A DNA stretch of 14,910 nucleotides from Myxococcota bacterium (GCA_040260805.1 JBDQPD010000086.1:1-14910); one strand, 5' to 3'. Counted from the stretch's first letter, positions 1 to 7,613 are shown. Translations and numbers: made by a program. The notes: generated by a model not told the origin, from the letters alone.

Positions 1-361
1 AGTAAAAACCATTTCGCCGATTGGGTGACAGGTTCGCCGCTAGACCGAGCTCACCAAAGGCAGCTTCAAGGTCGAAGTCGACCACCTCGCTCGGTGACTT
101 ACCCCTGAGCGCTAAGAACAAGACAGCGATCAGGCCGCGCACGATCGCGGCGTCGCTGTCGCCCTCATAGTCCATCTTTCCCTCGCTAAGACCTGCGCGT
201 ACCCAGACCTGGCTCATGCAGCCGGTGACCTTGTATCGATCCTGGTGAAGGTCTTCAGGCGCTTCGGGTAAAGCCTTACCTAAATCGATGATCACTGCGT
301 AGCGATCCATCCAGTCTGGCACGAACTCAAAAGTCTCGCGTAGCTCATCAAAGGTCTTCAT
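1..361 (-). CDS. sufE: SufE family cysteine desulfuration / Fe-S assembly protein (3' end runs off the window)
   Basis: Absent from the ORF track; translated by hand from ATG at 361: MKTFDELRETFEFVPDWMDRYAVIIDLGKALP...KVTGCMSQVW...GDSDAAIVRGLIA...LSPNRRNGFY. The W.DRY..II.LG, V.GC.SQVW (active Cys), DSDA.IVRGL and LSP.R.NG motifs are diagnostic of SufE. GAGGGG RBS lies just upstream. Confidence 0.93.
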   Translation of the reverse strand, partial: MKTFDELRETFEFVPDWMDRYAVIIDLGKALPEAPEDLHQDRYKVTGCMSQVWVRAGLSEGKMDYEGDSDAAIVRGLIAVLFLALRGKSPSEVVDFDLEAAFGELGLAANLSPNRRNGFY

Positions 362-400
362 GAGGCCCCCTCAACACGTGCAGACGGAACGAACAAGCAA

Positions 401-412
401 AACCGATCGGTT
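401..412. promoter_or_regulatory. 12-bp perfect palindrome AACCGATCGGTT, candidate operator in the divergent sufE/lipoprotein intergenic region
   Basis: Perfect dyad seen directly; it overlaps a putative -35 (TTGCCA, 411-416). Function is inferred. Confidence 0.35.
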
Positions 413-445
413 GCCATCCGGTGCAGAGCACGTCACCCTTGGACC

Positions 446-883
446 ATGATAAGAACACTCACGATCCTGTCCAGCCTGGTCACCTTCGGCGCATGCGCTG
501 GCGACCTAATCGCTCAAACCAACTCCGACTGTGCTGCGCAAAGCGACCACTGCGGCGGCAAAACGGCGAGCGGACTGCTCTATCTCGATACAGGCAATCT
601 CCCCCGCGTGACCGATGGCACCGATCGACTGATGCTGTGCTCGACTCCGGTTTCTGGAGTTTGCGACACTGAGCACCTGACCATCGTCTTCGAAGGCGGA
701 CCGCTGACGGCTGATATCGATCCAGGTATTGCGAATGAATCAGGCTGGAAGGTGCGCTTTACGAACCTATCGACCACCTGGATCGATCCACCCGGAACCT
801 TAACGCTCAACGCCCGCTTACGTGAGCTCGACTTTATCTTTGACGAACACGACGACCAAGCGATCGAGTTGAATTTAGAGTAA
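446..883 (+). CDS. Hypothetical secreted lipoprotein, 145 aa
   Basis: N-terminus MIR + hydrophobic stretch + FGAC lipobox-like motif; two further Cys pairs; fills the gap between sufE and a terminator that starts right after its stop codon. Confidence 0.7.
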   Translation: MIRTLTILSSLVTFGACAGDLIAQTNSDCAAQSDHCGGKTASGLLYLDTGNLPRVTDGTDRLMLCSTPVSGVCDTEHLTIVFEGGPLTADIDPGIANESGWKVRFTNLSTTWIDPPGTLTLNARLRELDFIFDEHDDQAIELNLE

Positions 884-884
884 A

Positions 885-914
885 GGAAAAGCCCGCACGA
901 TGGCGGGCTTTTCC
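885..914. terminator. Bidirectional intrinsic terminator
   Basis: GGAAAAGCCCGC-ACGATG-GCGGGCTTTTCC: perfect 12-bp inverted repeat with A4/T4 tracts, between convergent stop codons at 883 and 937. Confidence 0.9.
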
Positions 915-936
915 AGAACGATCTGCTCTTGAGTGT

Positions 937-2427
937 CTACTGACGACGAGCGGGTCCGGTGTGCACGCCGCAGCGCGCAAAGCGGCTGGTGACGTCAGCG
1001 TCAACGCCGGTTGCGCTCAAGCGGATGTAATACGTTCCGGCGCTTTGACCAGCGATCTGCTGAATGTAAGCACCTTCATCGTTCTCATCCGCACCCGAGA
1101 TCACCTCATCGTCTGCGTTGCGCAGCTCGACACGAAAGCCGCGGACACCTGAGCCGCTTGACTCAGAGCCGCACGCAACGGTCATCGCTTTACCCTCTGC
1201 AAGCTCGAAGCTGTAGTAATCGACGTCGCCTTCGCTCAGCTGAGCGAGCACGAAGTAACGGGTGGCCTCGCCGTCCACGCTGGGCGTCAACGCCTCAGCG
1301 GTTCCAAGCACACCGTTGGTGTCTTCTTCAGCCTCAGGCGGGTTATCGCCATATAGGTTGAACTTCATCACGTAGAAGTCGTTAGCGCCCTCGGCGCCGC
1401 CGCCGTGCTGAACATGGAGGTTGTAATCACCCAATGCTAACCCACCAGGACCCACTTCGTCGGTCTTCTTGTCCACATGGGTAATCCGCGCCACGATGTC
1501 TCCGTTCGAATCAGACACCCAAAGCTTGGTGCTCTGCGCCGTCGAGCCGTAACCCTCGGTGCCCAGCGGCATGAGCTGAGCCGTGAAGTGCGCTTTGGTC
1601 TCATCCGTCACGCTAAAGCTGTACACATCGACGTCGTTGGAATCAGCTAAATCGCCCAGAATAAGCGCCTTGGTCTCGGTATCAAGCGCGATCGCTTCGT
1701 CGCCTTCGACCCCGTACACCGCGCCGCCTCCGATGTCTTCGGTGCTCAGGACGTTGATGTTCAAAGAGTAGGTGTAGTCCGCTTGACCTTCAGCGGTCTC
1801 ACCGTACCAGGTCGTGAATTCTTGCAGCTTGAGGTAATGCGTACCGCTGGTGACCACCTTGGTGATCAGCTGTGAGTCCGTGTTACGACGCGGGTAGGCG
1901 TCATCGTTCTCTGCCAGTTGATTTTGATCGGGACCATAAAGAGTCACGACGGTATCGATCTTGGCGGGATTGTCTTCAGCGTTTGCGGTGGTCGAGATCG
2001 CCACCCATTGCCCGGCTTCCACCTCGAACTTGTAGAAGTCGATGTCGCCAGGCGTTGCGATCACGCCTTCGACTTGGCTGCCCTCAAGCGCCTGAGCGTC
2101 CTCGAAGCTGTCGTTGCCATCAGCAAGGTTTTCGTTGCGGCAGCGCTCGTCGCAGCCGTCACCAGGGAAGGTATTGCGATCATCGCATTCTTCATCGCCT
2201 TCAACGACACCATCGCCGCAGCGAGCGTTGTTCTCGAGCACGCAGTTGCGATCACAGCCGTCACGGTTCCGTGTGTTGCCGTCGTCGCACTCTTCGTCAG
2301 CGTCCAGGACGCCGTTACCGCACAGATCAGCGGCTGGACCAGCATCGGCGGCGCCGGTGTCGTCAGCAGGGACTGCGCAACCGAAGGCGGTCATCGCAGC
2401 AAAAAGTACCATCCATTGGATTTTCAT
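937..2427 (-). CDS. Lipoprotein with two DUF4215/myxococcal cysteine-rich repeats and three PPC-like beta-sandwich domains (paralog A, 496 aa)
   Basis: Start reassigned to ATG 2427 (GGAGAG RBS; signal MKIQWMVLFAAMTAFG-C). Two CG.G.....EECDD.N....DGC...C repeats; three domains with D[IV]D[FVY]Y.F motifs (GDIDFYKF, NDVDVYSF, GDVDYYSF); IDTVVTLY...LAENDD...DSQL and G.YY[LI] PPC signatures. Confidence 0.85.
   Translation of the reverse strand: MKIQWMVLFAAMTAFGCAVPADDTGAADAGPAADLCGNGVLDADEECDDGNTRNRDGCDRNCVLENNARCGDGVVEGDEECDDRNTFPGDGCDERCRNENLADGNDSFEDAQALEGSQVEGVIATPGDIDFYKFEVEAGQWVAISTTANAEDNPAKIDTVVTLYGPDQNQLAENDDAYPRRNTDSQLITKVVTSGTHYLKLQEFTTWYGETAEGQADYTYSLNINVLSTEDIGGGAVYGVEGDEAIALDTETKALILGDLADSNDVDVYSFSVTDETKAHFTAQLMPLGTEGYGSTAQSTKLWVSDSNGDIVARITHVDKKTDEVGPGGLALGDYNLHVQHGGGAEGANDFYVMKFNLYGDNPPEAEEDTNGVLGTAEALTPSVDGEATRYFVLAQLSEGDVDYYSFELAEGKAMTVACGSESSGSGVRGFRVELRNADDEVISGADENDEGAYIQQIAGQSAGTYYIRLSATGVDADVTSRFARCGVHTGPARRQ
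2131..2322 (-). repeat. Two tandem myxococcal Cys-rich (DUF4215-type) protein repeats
   Basis: CGNGVLDADEECDDGNTRNRDGCDRNCVLE / CGDGVVEGDEECDDRNTFPGDGCDERCRNE. Confidence 0.9.
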
Positions 2428-2475
2428 CGATTCTCTCCAGGTTCTAATCGGTGCACCGGATGAGTAGCACCTTGG

Positions 2476-2509
2476 GTTCGTCCGGCAAGCCCTCCGGCCT
2501 CGGACAAAC
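2476..2509 (-). other. Intergenic RNA hairpin between the two paralogous lipoprotein genes
   Basis: Minus-strand RNA GUUUGUCCG-AGGCC-GGAG-GGCUU-GC-CGGACGAAC: 14 bp with two G-U pairs that form only on the coding strand; no U-tract follows. Confidence 0.5.
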
Positions 2510-2527
2510 GCCTGATAAACGCTATTT

Positions 2528-4027
2528 CTAACGATTGCGACTATGAATTCCACATCGCACGAAGTTCCCGGTCACATCTTCAAGTTGACCCGCTTTACTC
2601 AGCTTGACGTAGAGAGGCCCGGCTTCGGTTACACCAGGGTTGGCGTCTCGTAGGTAGGCGCGCGTCGCGTCTTCGACATCTGAGCTGATCTCCTCACCGT
2701 CGCCAGTGTGCACAGAGGCCGTTAAATCAACGATCCCTGAGCCCGCGCTACGCGACCGACAAACGACCGTAAGCCTCTGATTTTCAGCCAAATCAACCTT
2801 GAAGTAGTCGACGTCATTATCGGGAAGGTGAGCCAGCACAAAGAACGAGTTCAAGGTGCCGTTTTGCGCTAAAATAATCGGTTCAGCGCCCTCGATGGTT
2901 CCGTTGGTTTCTTCTTGGAGTTCAGGGTCATTGTCGCTTCGTCGATAGACCAAGAAGACATAAAAATCGTTGGCGCCGCTTTGGCCGCCGGGATGCTCAA
3001 CCCAGAACTTATAGTCTCCAGCCGGAAGATTCGGTGAGAAGGTGTCGAAATCAGTGCCGGGCGTGCGACGCGCGACGATGGCGCCTTGCGCATCGGTCAC
3101 CCAGACGCGGCCGGGGCGGTTCGTCGAGCCATTACCCGACGGCGAAGACTTGTAGATGTTCATATCGAACTGGCGCTTATCGCCCGCCTCTTCTTGCGTC
3201 GGAATACTGAACGAATAGACGTCGACATCATCGGCAGCGTCAAAGCCGCCGACGATCCAAGCGTAATGATAACGCTCCGACCAGCCGATGGCTTGCGCCG
3301 AGGCTTCATCATTGCCCGACTCAGCGCCTAAGTTGACCTGATCGTTATCCGTTGCAAGCTCCCGAACCTTCAGCGTGTACACAAAGTCGCGGCCACCGCG
3401 CCCTGCCCCAACGCCCATATTTTCAGCGTCTTGAACCTTCACGTAATAGGTATCGGTCGCAGGCAAACGCGTGACGATTCGACTGTCCGCCTCCCCGTCA
3501 TCATAGTTGTCGTTTTGGGCGATCCGAGTGCGCTCGGAATTATAGAGCGTGATCACGGTGTCCACCATGGCGTCGTCATCATCTTCGTTGGCGTCAGTGG
3601 TGATGATCAGCCACTGACCCTGCTCGCCTTCAAAGCGGAAATAATCCTGATCACCTGCTGGAAAGATCGCATCGGTGACGGTGACACCAAAGCCACCATC
3701 ACCCGCCGTATCCCAAGTGTCGTTATTGTCGGCGGTCAACTCGCAGTTGTTACCGCAGGCGTCCGAATCGATGGAGTTTCCGTCGTCACAAGTCTCACCT
3801 GCTTCGAGGACACCGTTACCGCATTCGGGTCTGGCTTCTCGCTGACAATTCGAGTCGCAACCGTCGCCATTGCGGGGGTTTCCATCATCACATTGCTCGC
3901 CCGGGTCGACCATGTTGTTGCCGCAAAGATCGACGGGTGCTGGACCAGCGTCCGTGCTGCAGACTTCTACCTCTTTGACACAGGCTGAGAGACAAAGGCT
4001 CGCGAGAGCTACAAACATCAGGCGCAT
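2528..4027 (-). CDS. Lipoprotein with two DUF4215 repeats and three PPC-like domains (paralog B, 499 aa)
   Basis: Start reassigned to ATG 4027 (AAGGA RBS; MRLMFVALASLCLSA-C lipobox). Colinear with paralog A: DAGPA..DLCGN, GDQDYFRF, VDTVITLY...IAQNDN...DSRI, DVDVYSFS, GANDFYV, DVDYF and a terminal F.RCG.H. Confidence 0.85.
   Translation of the reverse strand: MRLMFVALASLCLSACVKEVEVCSTDAGPAPVDLCGNNMVDPGEQCDDGNPRNGDGCDSNCQREARPECGNGVLEAGETCDDGNSIDSDACGNNCELTADNNDTWDTAGDGGFGVTVTDAIFPAGDQDYFRFEGEQGQWLIITTDANEDDDDAMVDTVITLYNSERTRIAQNDNYDDGEADSRIVTRLPATDTYYVKVQDAENMGVGAGRGGRDFVYTLKVRELATDNDQVNLGAESGNDEASAQAIGWSERYHYAWIVGGFDAADDVDVYSFSIPTQEEAGDKRQFDMNIYKSSPSGNGSTNRPGRVWVTDAQGAIVARRTPGTDFDTFSPNLPAGDYKFWVEHPGGQSGANDFYVFLVYRRSDNDPELQEETNGTIEGAEPIILAQNGTLNSFFVLAHLPDNDVDYFKVDLAENQRLTVVCRSRSAGSGIVDLTASVHTGDGEEISSDVEDATRAYLRDANPGVTEAGPLYVKLSKAGQLEDVTGNFVRCGIHSRNR
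3740..3925 (-). repeat. Two tandem myxococcal Cys-rich (DUF4215-type) protein repeats
   Basis: CGNNMVDPGEQCDDGNPRNGDGCDSNCQRE / CGNGVLEAGETCDDGNSIDSDACGNNCE. Confidence 0.9.
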
Positions 4028-4100
4028 AATAGGTCCTTTTCCGCAGTGAAGCGCAGCGTGTTCATAAGCAATGCTCAAGCGCGCCGCAATGCGAGACCGC

Positions 4101-6368
4101 TCAAGTCCGGCTGAGCGCCTGCCGAAGGGCTTGCTGCAATTCACGGGCATCGGCGCGCCCCTTCGAAGCCCGCATGCAGGCGCCCATCAAGAAGCCCATG
4201 AGTCGTTGCTCACCGGCTCGAAATCGTTGCGCTTCATCGGGATGCTCTGCGATCACCTGGTTCACCAGCGCCACAACATCCACTGAGTCGCTGCGGTCCA
4301 AGAGACCGAGACGCTCTGCGATCTCAAGAGGGTCGCCGCCTTCTTGGACCAACTCGTTTAACAAGGTCCCCTTGTCGGCGCGAGCCACTCGGCCTTCGCC
4401 GAGCAAGGCCAAGAGCGCCGCCACTTGCTCGCCGCGCAGCCCCGGGGTCGAATCGCTGGTCTTGCGGACTGCACGCAGGTCATTGAGCAAAAGCTTCGCC
4501 GCTTCGCTGGGCTGCGCGCCCGCCTTGAGACTGGACTCCCATTGCTCACGTAAAGGCTCGTCGCGGCAAAGGCGAACCGCATCAGCTTCGCTAAGACCTC
4601 GACTGATCAGGTCATCCACATCGGCGCGTAAATGCTGGGGCACCAGAGGTCCCTGCTCAACCCGCTGAGCGGGCTTAGCCTTGGGTTTGGGCTTGGCTGG
4701 AGCCTCAGTCTTGACCTGCTTGGACCAAGAGTCTCGCAAACCTACGATCCGATTGTAAACCAGCTCATCATCGTTGGGGTCCCGGTAAAAATAACCGCAT
4801 CGTTCAAACTGAAAACGAGTACCAGGCTCAGCGGCTGCGGCGTAAGGCTCGACTTGGGCGCCGGTTAAGACCTGCAGCGAATTCGGGTTGAGCTCGTCTC
4901 GATAGTCGGTGCCTTGTGTGGCGCCCGGCAGCTCTGCCTGAAACAACTGCTCGACCAGGCGCACGCTCGCAGGCTGCGCGGTGTGAACGTTGAGCCAATG
5001 AATGGCGCCGCGTACCTTGCGCCCCTCAGGGGCACGTCCAAGCGTCTCAAGGTCTGCCGTTCCCCGCAGCTCGACCACCTGCCCAGTGGCATCTTTGACC
5101 ACCTCATCGCAGCGCACGACCCAGCCATGGCGCAGTCGCACCTCGGCGCCCGGCGCTAAGCGCCGCCAGCCCTTGGGCGGCTCCTCGGCAAAGTCACTGC
5201 GCTCAATCCACAAATCGGCACCGAGCGTCAGCGTCCTTGAGCCCTCACCAGGTACATCATGAGGCCAAAGGTCCGCCTCAATCTCGACCGCTTGGTCGAC
5301 ATTCGTCAGCGTCAGCTTGAGCGGCTCCAACACCGCCATCACGCGTTCAGCTTGTGTATTGAGCGTATCACGAAGCGCGTAGTCAAACTTACCCCAGTCG
5401 ACCATCGAGTTCGCTTTGGCGACCCCGATCATATGGCAAAACTGGCGCAAGGCTTCTGGCGGCACGCCGCGCCTGCGAATCCCAGCGATGGTCGGCATAC
5501 GCGGATCATCCCAGCCCCAAACATGTTCTTCCTCGACCAGGTCGATCAGCTTTCGCTTGGACATCACCGTATGAGGCAGCGCGAGCCGCGCCATCTCATA
5601 CTGACGTGGTCGATAGGTCGGCAGCGTGACGTGTTCGATCACCCAATCGTAGAGCTCTCTGTTGTTCTGGAACTCAAGGGTGCAAATCGAATGCGTGACC
5701 CCTTCGATGGCGTCCTCTAGACAATGCGCAAAGTCGTACATCGGGTAGATACACCAGGTATCGCCCGTTCGGTGATGATGTTCTTTGCGGATCCGGTACA
5801 AAAGCGGATCGCGCATCAAGATATTGGGCGCCGAGAGATCGATTTTGGCGCGCAAAACGCAGTGACCATCGGGGTACTCACCGGCCCTCATCTTGCGAAA
5901 GTGCTCCGCGTTCTCGGCGGCGCTGGTGTCTCGATATCGACTGGCGACGCCAGGCTCATTCACTGAGCCACGCATGCTTCGGAGTTCGTCGACCGATGAA
6001 AAATCAACGTAGGCTAGCCCCTTGCCGATCAGCTCCTGCGCCCAGGTCGCCATCTGCTCAAAGTAATCCGACGCAAATCGAACCGAGCCGCTCCATTCAA
6101 AGCCAAGCCAGCGCACGTCGTTCATGATCGACTCGACGTATTCGGTATCTTCGGTCGTCGGGTTGGTGTCGTCAAAGCGGAGATGGCACTGGCCGCCGTA
6201 CTGAGCTGCCAAGCCAAAGTTCAGACAGATCGACTTGGCGTGACCGATGTGAAGATATCCATTGGGCTCGGGCGGAAACCTTGTGATCACACGACCACCA
6301 TGGGCATCTGAAGCCAAGTCGGCGTCAATGATCTCGGTCAAAAAGTTCGACAACTTTGAATCGGTCAA
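4101..6368 (-). CDS. glnS: Glutamine--tRNA ligase with C-terminal GatB/YqeY domain
   Basis: TRFPPEPNGYLHIGHAK (HIGH motif), LRFDDTNP, MRDPLLYRI, WCIYPMYDFAH, THSICTLEF, VMSKR (KMSKS equivalent), WDDPRMPT, FQFER.GYF. Followed by a Pro/Lys linker and a GatB-like tail (VNQVIAEHPDEAQRFRAGEQRLMGFLMGACMRASKGRAD). TTG start with GGAG RBS. Confidence 0.97.
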   Translation of the reverse strand: MTDSKLSNFLTEIIDADLASDAHGGRVITRFPPEPNGYLHIGHAKSICLNFGLAAQYGGQCHLRFDDTNPTTEDTEYVESIMNDVRWLGFEWSGSVRFASDYFEQMATWAQELIGKGLAYVDFSSVDELRSMRGSVNEPGVASRYRDTSAAENAEHFRKMRAGEYPDGHCVLRAKIDLSAPNILMRDPLLYRIRKEHHHRTGDTWCIYPMYDFAHCLEDAIEGVTHSICTLEFQNNRELYDWVIEHVTLPTYRPRQYEMARLALPHTVMSKRKLIDLVEEEHVWGWDDPRMPTIAGIRRRGVPPEALRQFCHMIGVAKANSMVDWGKFDYALRDTLNTQAERVMAVLEPLKLTLTNVDQAVEIEADLWPHDVPGEGSRTLTLGADLWIERSDFAEEPPKGWRRLAPGAEVRLRHGWVVRCDEVVKDATGQVVELRGTADLETLGRAPEGRKVRGAIHWLNVHTAQPASVRLVEQLFQAELPGATQGTDYRDELNPNSLQVLTGAQVEPYAAAAEPGTRFQFERCGYFYRDPNDDELVYNRIVGLRDSWSKQVKTEAPAKPKPKAKPAQRVEQGPLVPQHLRADVDDLISRGLSEADAVRLCRDEPLREQWESSLKAGAQPSEAAKLLLNDLRAVRKTSDSTPGLRGEQVAALLALLGEGRVARADKGTLLNELVQEGGDPLEIAERLGLLDRSDSVDVVALVNQVIAEHPDEAQRFRAGEQRLMGFLMGACMRASKGRADARELQQALRQALSRT

Positions 6369-6446
6369 AACACGGGCTCCTACCCCTGAGGCGATAGTGC
6401 AGCTAGCGGCTTATCGCAACGTCTGAACGATCTACCCATTGCAGGC

Positions 6447-6465
6447 TATGCCGCGCCGCGGCATA
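6447..6465. promoter_or_regulatory. Perfect 9-1-9 palindrome TATGCCGCG-C-CGCGGCATA, candidate operator
   Basis: Seen directly in the divergent glnS/hydroxylase intergenic region, ending 10 nt before the ATG at 6475. Confidence 0.45.
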
Positions 6466-6474
6466 AACCGTGGC

Positions 6475-7533
6475 ATGGATACCCGACTCGTCGCCGCAGC
6501 CATTCCTTTATTCGGGGTGTTTATCGCCCTAGAGCTCTGGGTGGCACACCGGAGAAATGTCCGGGTTTACAGACTCTTTGATGCGATGTCTGATCTGAGC
6601 TGCGGGATCTCCCAGCAGCTCTGTCTGCTGGTCAGTCAGGCCCCGCTCTTGGTGCTGTATGTCTGGGTTCAGCAACATTATGCGCTGTGGAGTTTTGAAC
6701 ATACGGCCCTCAACTTTGCGCTCGCGTGGCTGATCAACGACTTTTTATATTACTGGTGGCACCGGGCCAGTCATCGCATCAACTGGCTCTGGGGGCTGCA
6801 CGTCGTTCACCACCAAAGCGAAGACTTCAATCTCGCCGTCGCGCTTCGCCAAGCCATGTTCACGCATGCCTCAGCGATGTTCTTCTACGCGCCGATGGCG
6901 TTCTTAGGATTTGACGTCATCATCTTTGGGGTGGTGCTGGCGCTCAACACCTTGGTGCAGTTCTGGATTCATACGGAACTCATTCGAAAATGTGGACCGA
7001 TCGAGTGGATCTTTAACACGCCGAGTCACCACCGAGTGCACCATGGGATCAACGACGAATACCTCGACACCAACTACGCTGGGTTTCTGATCATCTGGGA
7101 TAAGATGTTCGGGACCTTCGTTCCCGAGGAAGAAGAAGTGGTTTATGGCATCACCAAGCCGCTTCAAAGCTTCAACCCATTCTGGGCTAATGTGCATTAT
7201 TTCATCGAGCTTGGGCAGCGGTCCATGAGCCTGAGCCGCTGGCGCGACAAGCTCTGGGTCTGGTGGGCTCCGCCAGAGTGGCTCGGCGAAGGCGAAGAAG
7301 CGCCGGCGCCAGCGCCCCAGAACCGAGACACCCAAAACAAATACGATCTGGTCGCTAGCCGGTCCGTGATCATCGGCTCGCTAGCTATATTTACGCTGAT
7401 CGCAGCCTCGACGCTGGCGATGATCGTGTATGGACCGAGCATGAGTTTACCCCTACTGATCGCGGCCGTCGCCGGGATTTATCTGCTCTTGTGGGCAGTG
7501 ACTTGGGGTCGTTCCCCACGGGCGATTAACTAA
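6475..7533 (+). CDS. Sterol desaturase / fatty acid hydroxylase family membrane di-iron enzyme, alkylglycerol monooxygenase-like (352 aa)
   Basis: His boxes YYWWHRASH, HVVHHQSEDFNL..ALRQ, QFWIHTE, NTPSHHRVHHG; NYAG.LIIWDKMFGTF and VYG.TKP motifs; several hydrophobic helices. Start set at MDTRLVAAAIP, matching the usual family N-terminus. Confidence 0.88.
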   Translation: MDTRLVAAAIPLFGVFIALELWVAHRRNVRVYRLFDAMSDLSCGISQQLCLLVSQAPLLVLYVWVQQHYALWSFEHTALNFALAWLINDFLYYWWHRASHRINWLWGLHVVHHQSEDFNLAVALRQAMFTHASAMFFYAPMAFLGFDVIIFGVVLALNTLVQFWIHTELIRKCGPIEWIFNTPSHHRVHHGINDEYLDTNYAGFLIIWDKMFGTFVPEEEEVVYGITKPLQSFNPFWANVHYFIELGQRSMSLSRWRDKLWVWWAPPEWLGEGEEAPAPAPQNRDTQNKYDLVASRSVIIGSLAIFTLIAASTLAMIVYGPSMSLPLLIAAVAGIYLLLWAVTWGRSPRAIN

Positions 7534-7541
7534 CCTGCCCC

Positions 7542-7569
7542 TTGCCGGTTGACTTTGGCTTCTTAGATT
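7542..7569 (+). promoter_or_regulatory. Putative sigma70-type promoter of the peroxiredoxin gene
   Basis: TTGCCG-N16-TAGATT, upstream of a strong AGGAG RBS (7602-7606). Confidence 0.4.
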
Positions 7570-7613
7570 GCCGATACACCTGCACCACAACCCTTTCGTT
7601 TAGGAGCGAAACT

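Noticed and set aside
2131..3925. Repeated sequence as CRISPR or mobile-element repeats
   Set aside because: The repeats are degenerate protein-coding Cys-rich units inside ORFs; there are no identical DNA repeats with spacers and no transposase, integrase or cas genes.
1011..3988. Many + strand ORFs (e.g. 1872-2447, 1918-2463, 3431-3988) opposite the lipoprotein genes
   Set aside because: Arg-rich or Val/Ile-rich translations are what the antisense of acidic, codon-biased genes produces; no RBS or domain support.
4660..4710. Low-complexity GGGCTT/GGTTT stretch in glnS
   Set aside because: It simply encodes the Pro/Lys/Ala interdomain linker.
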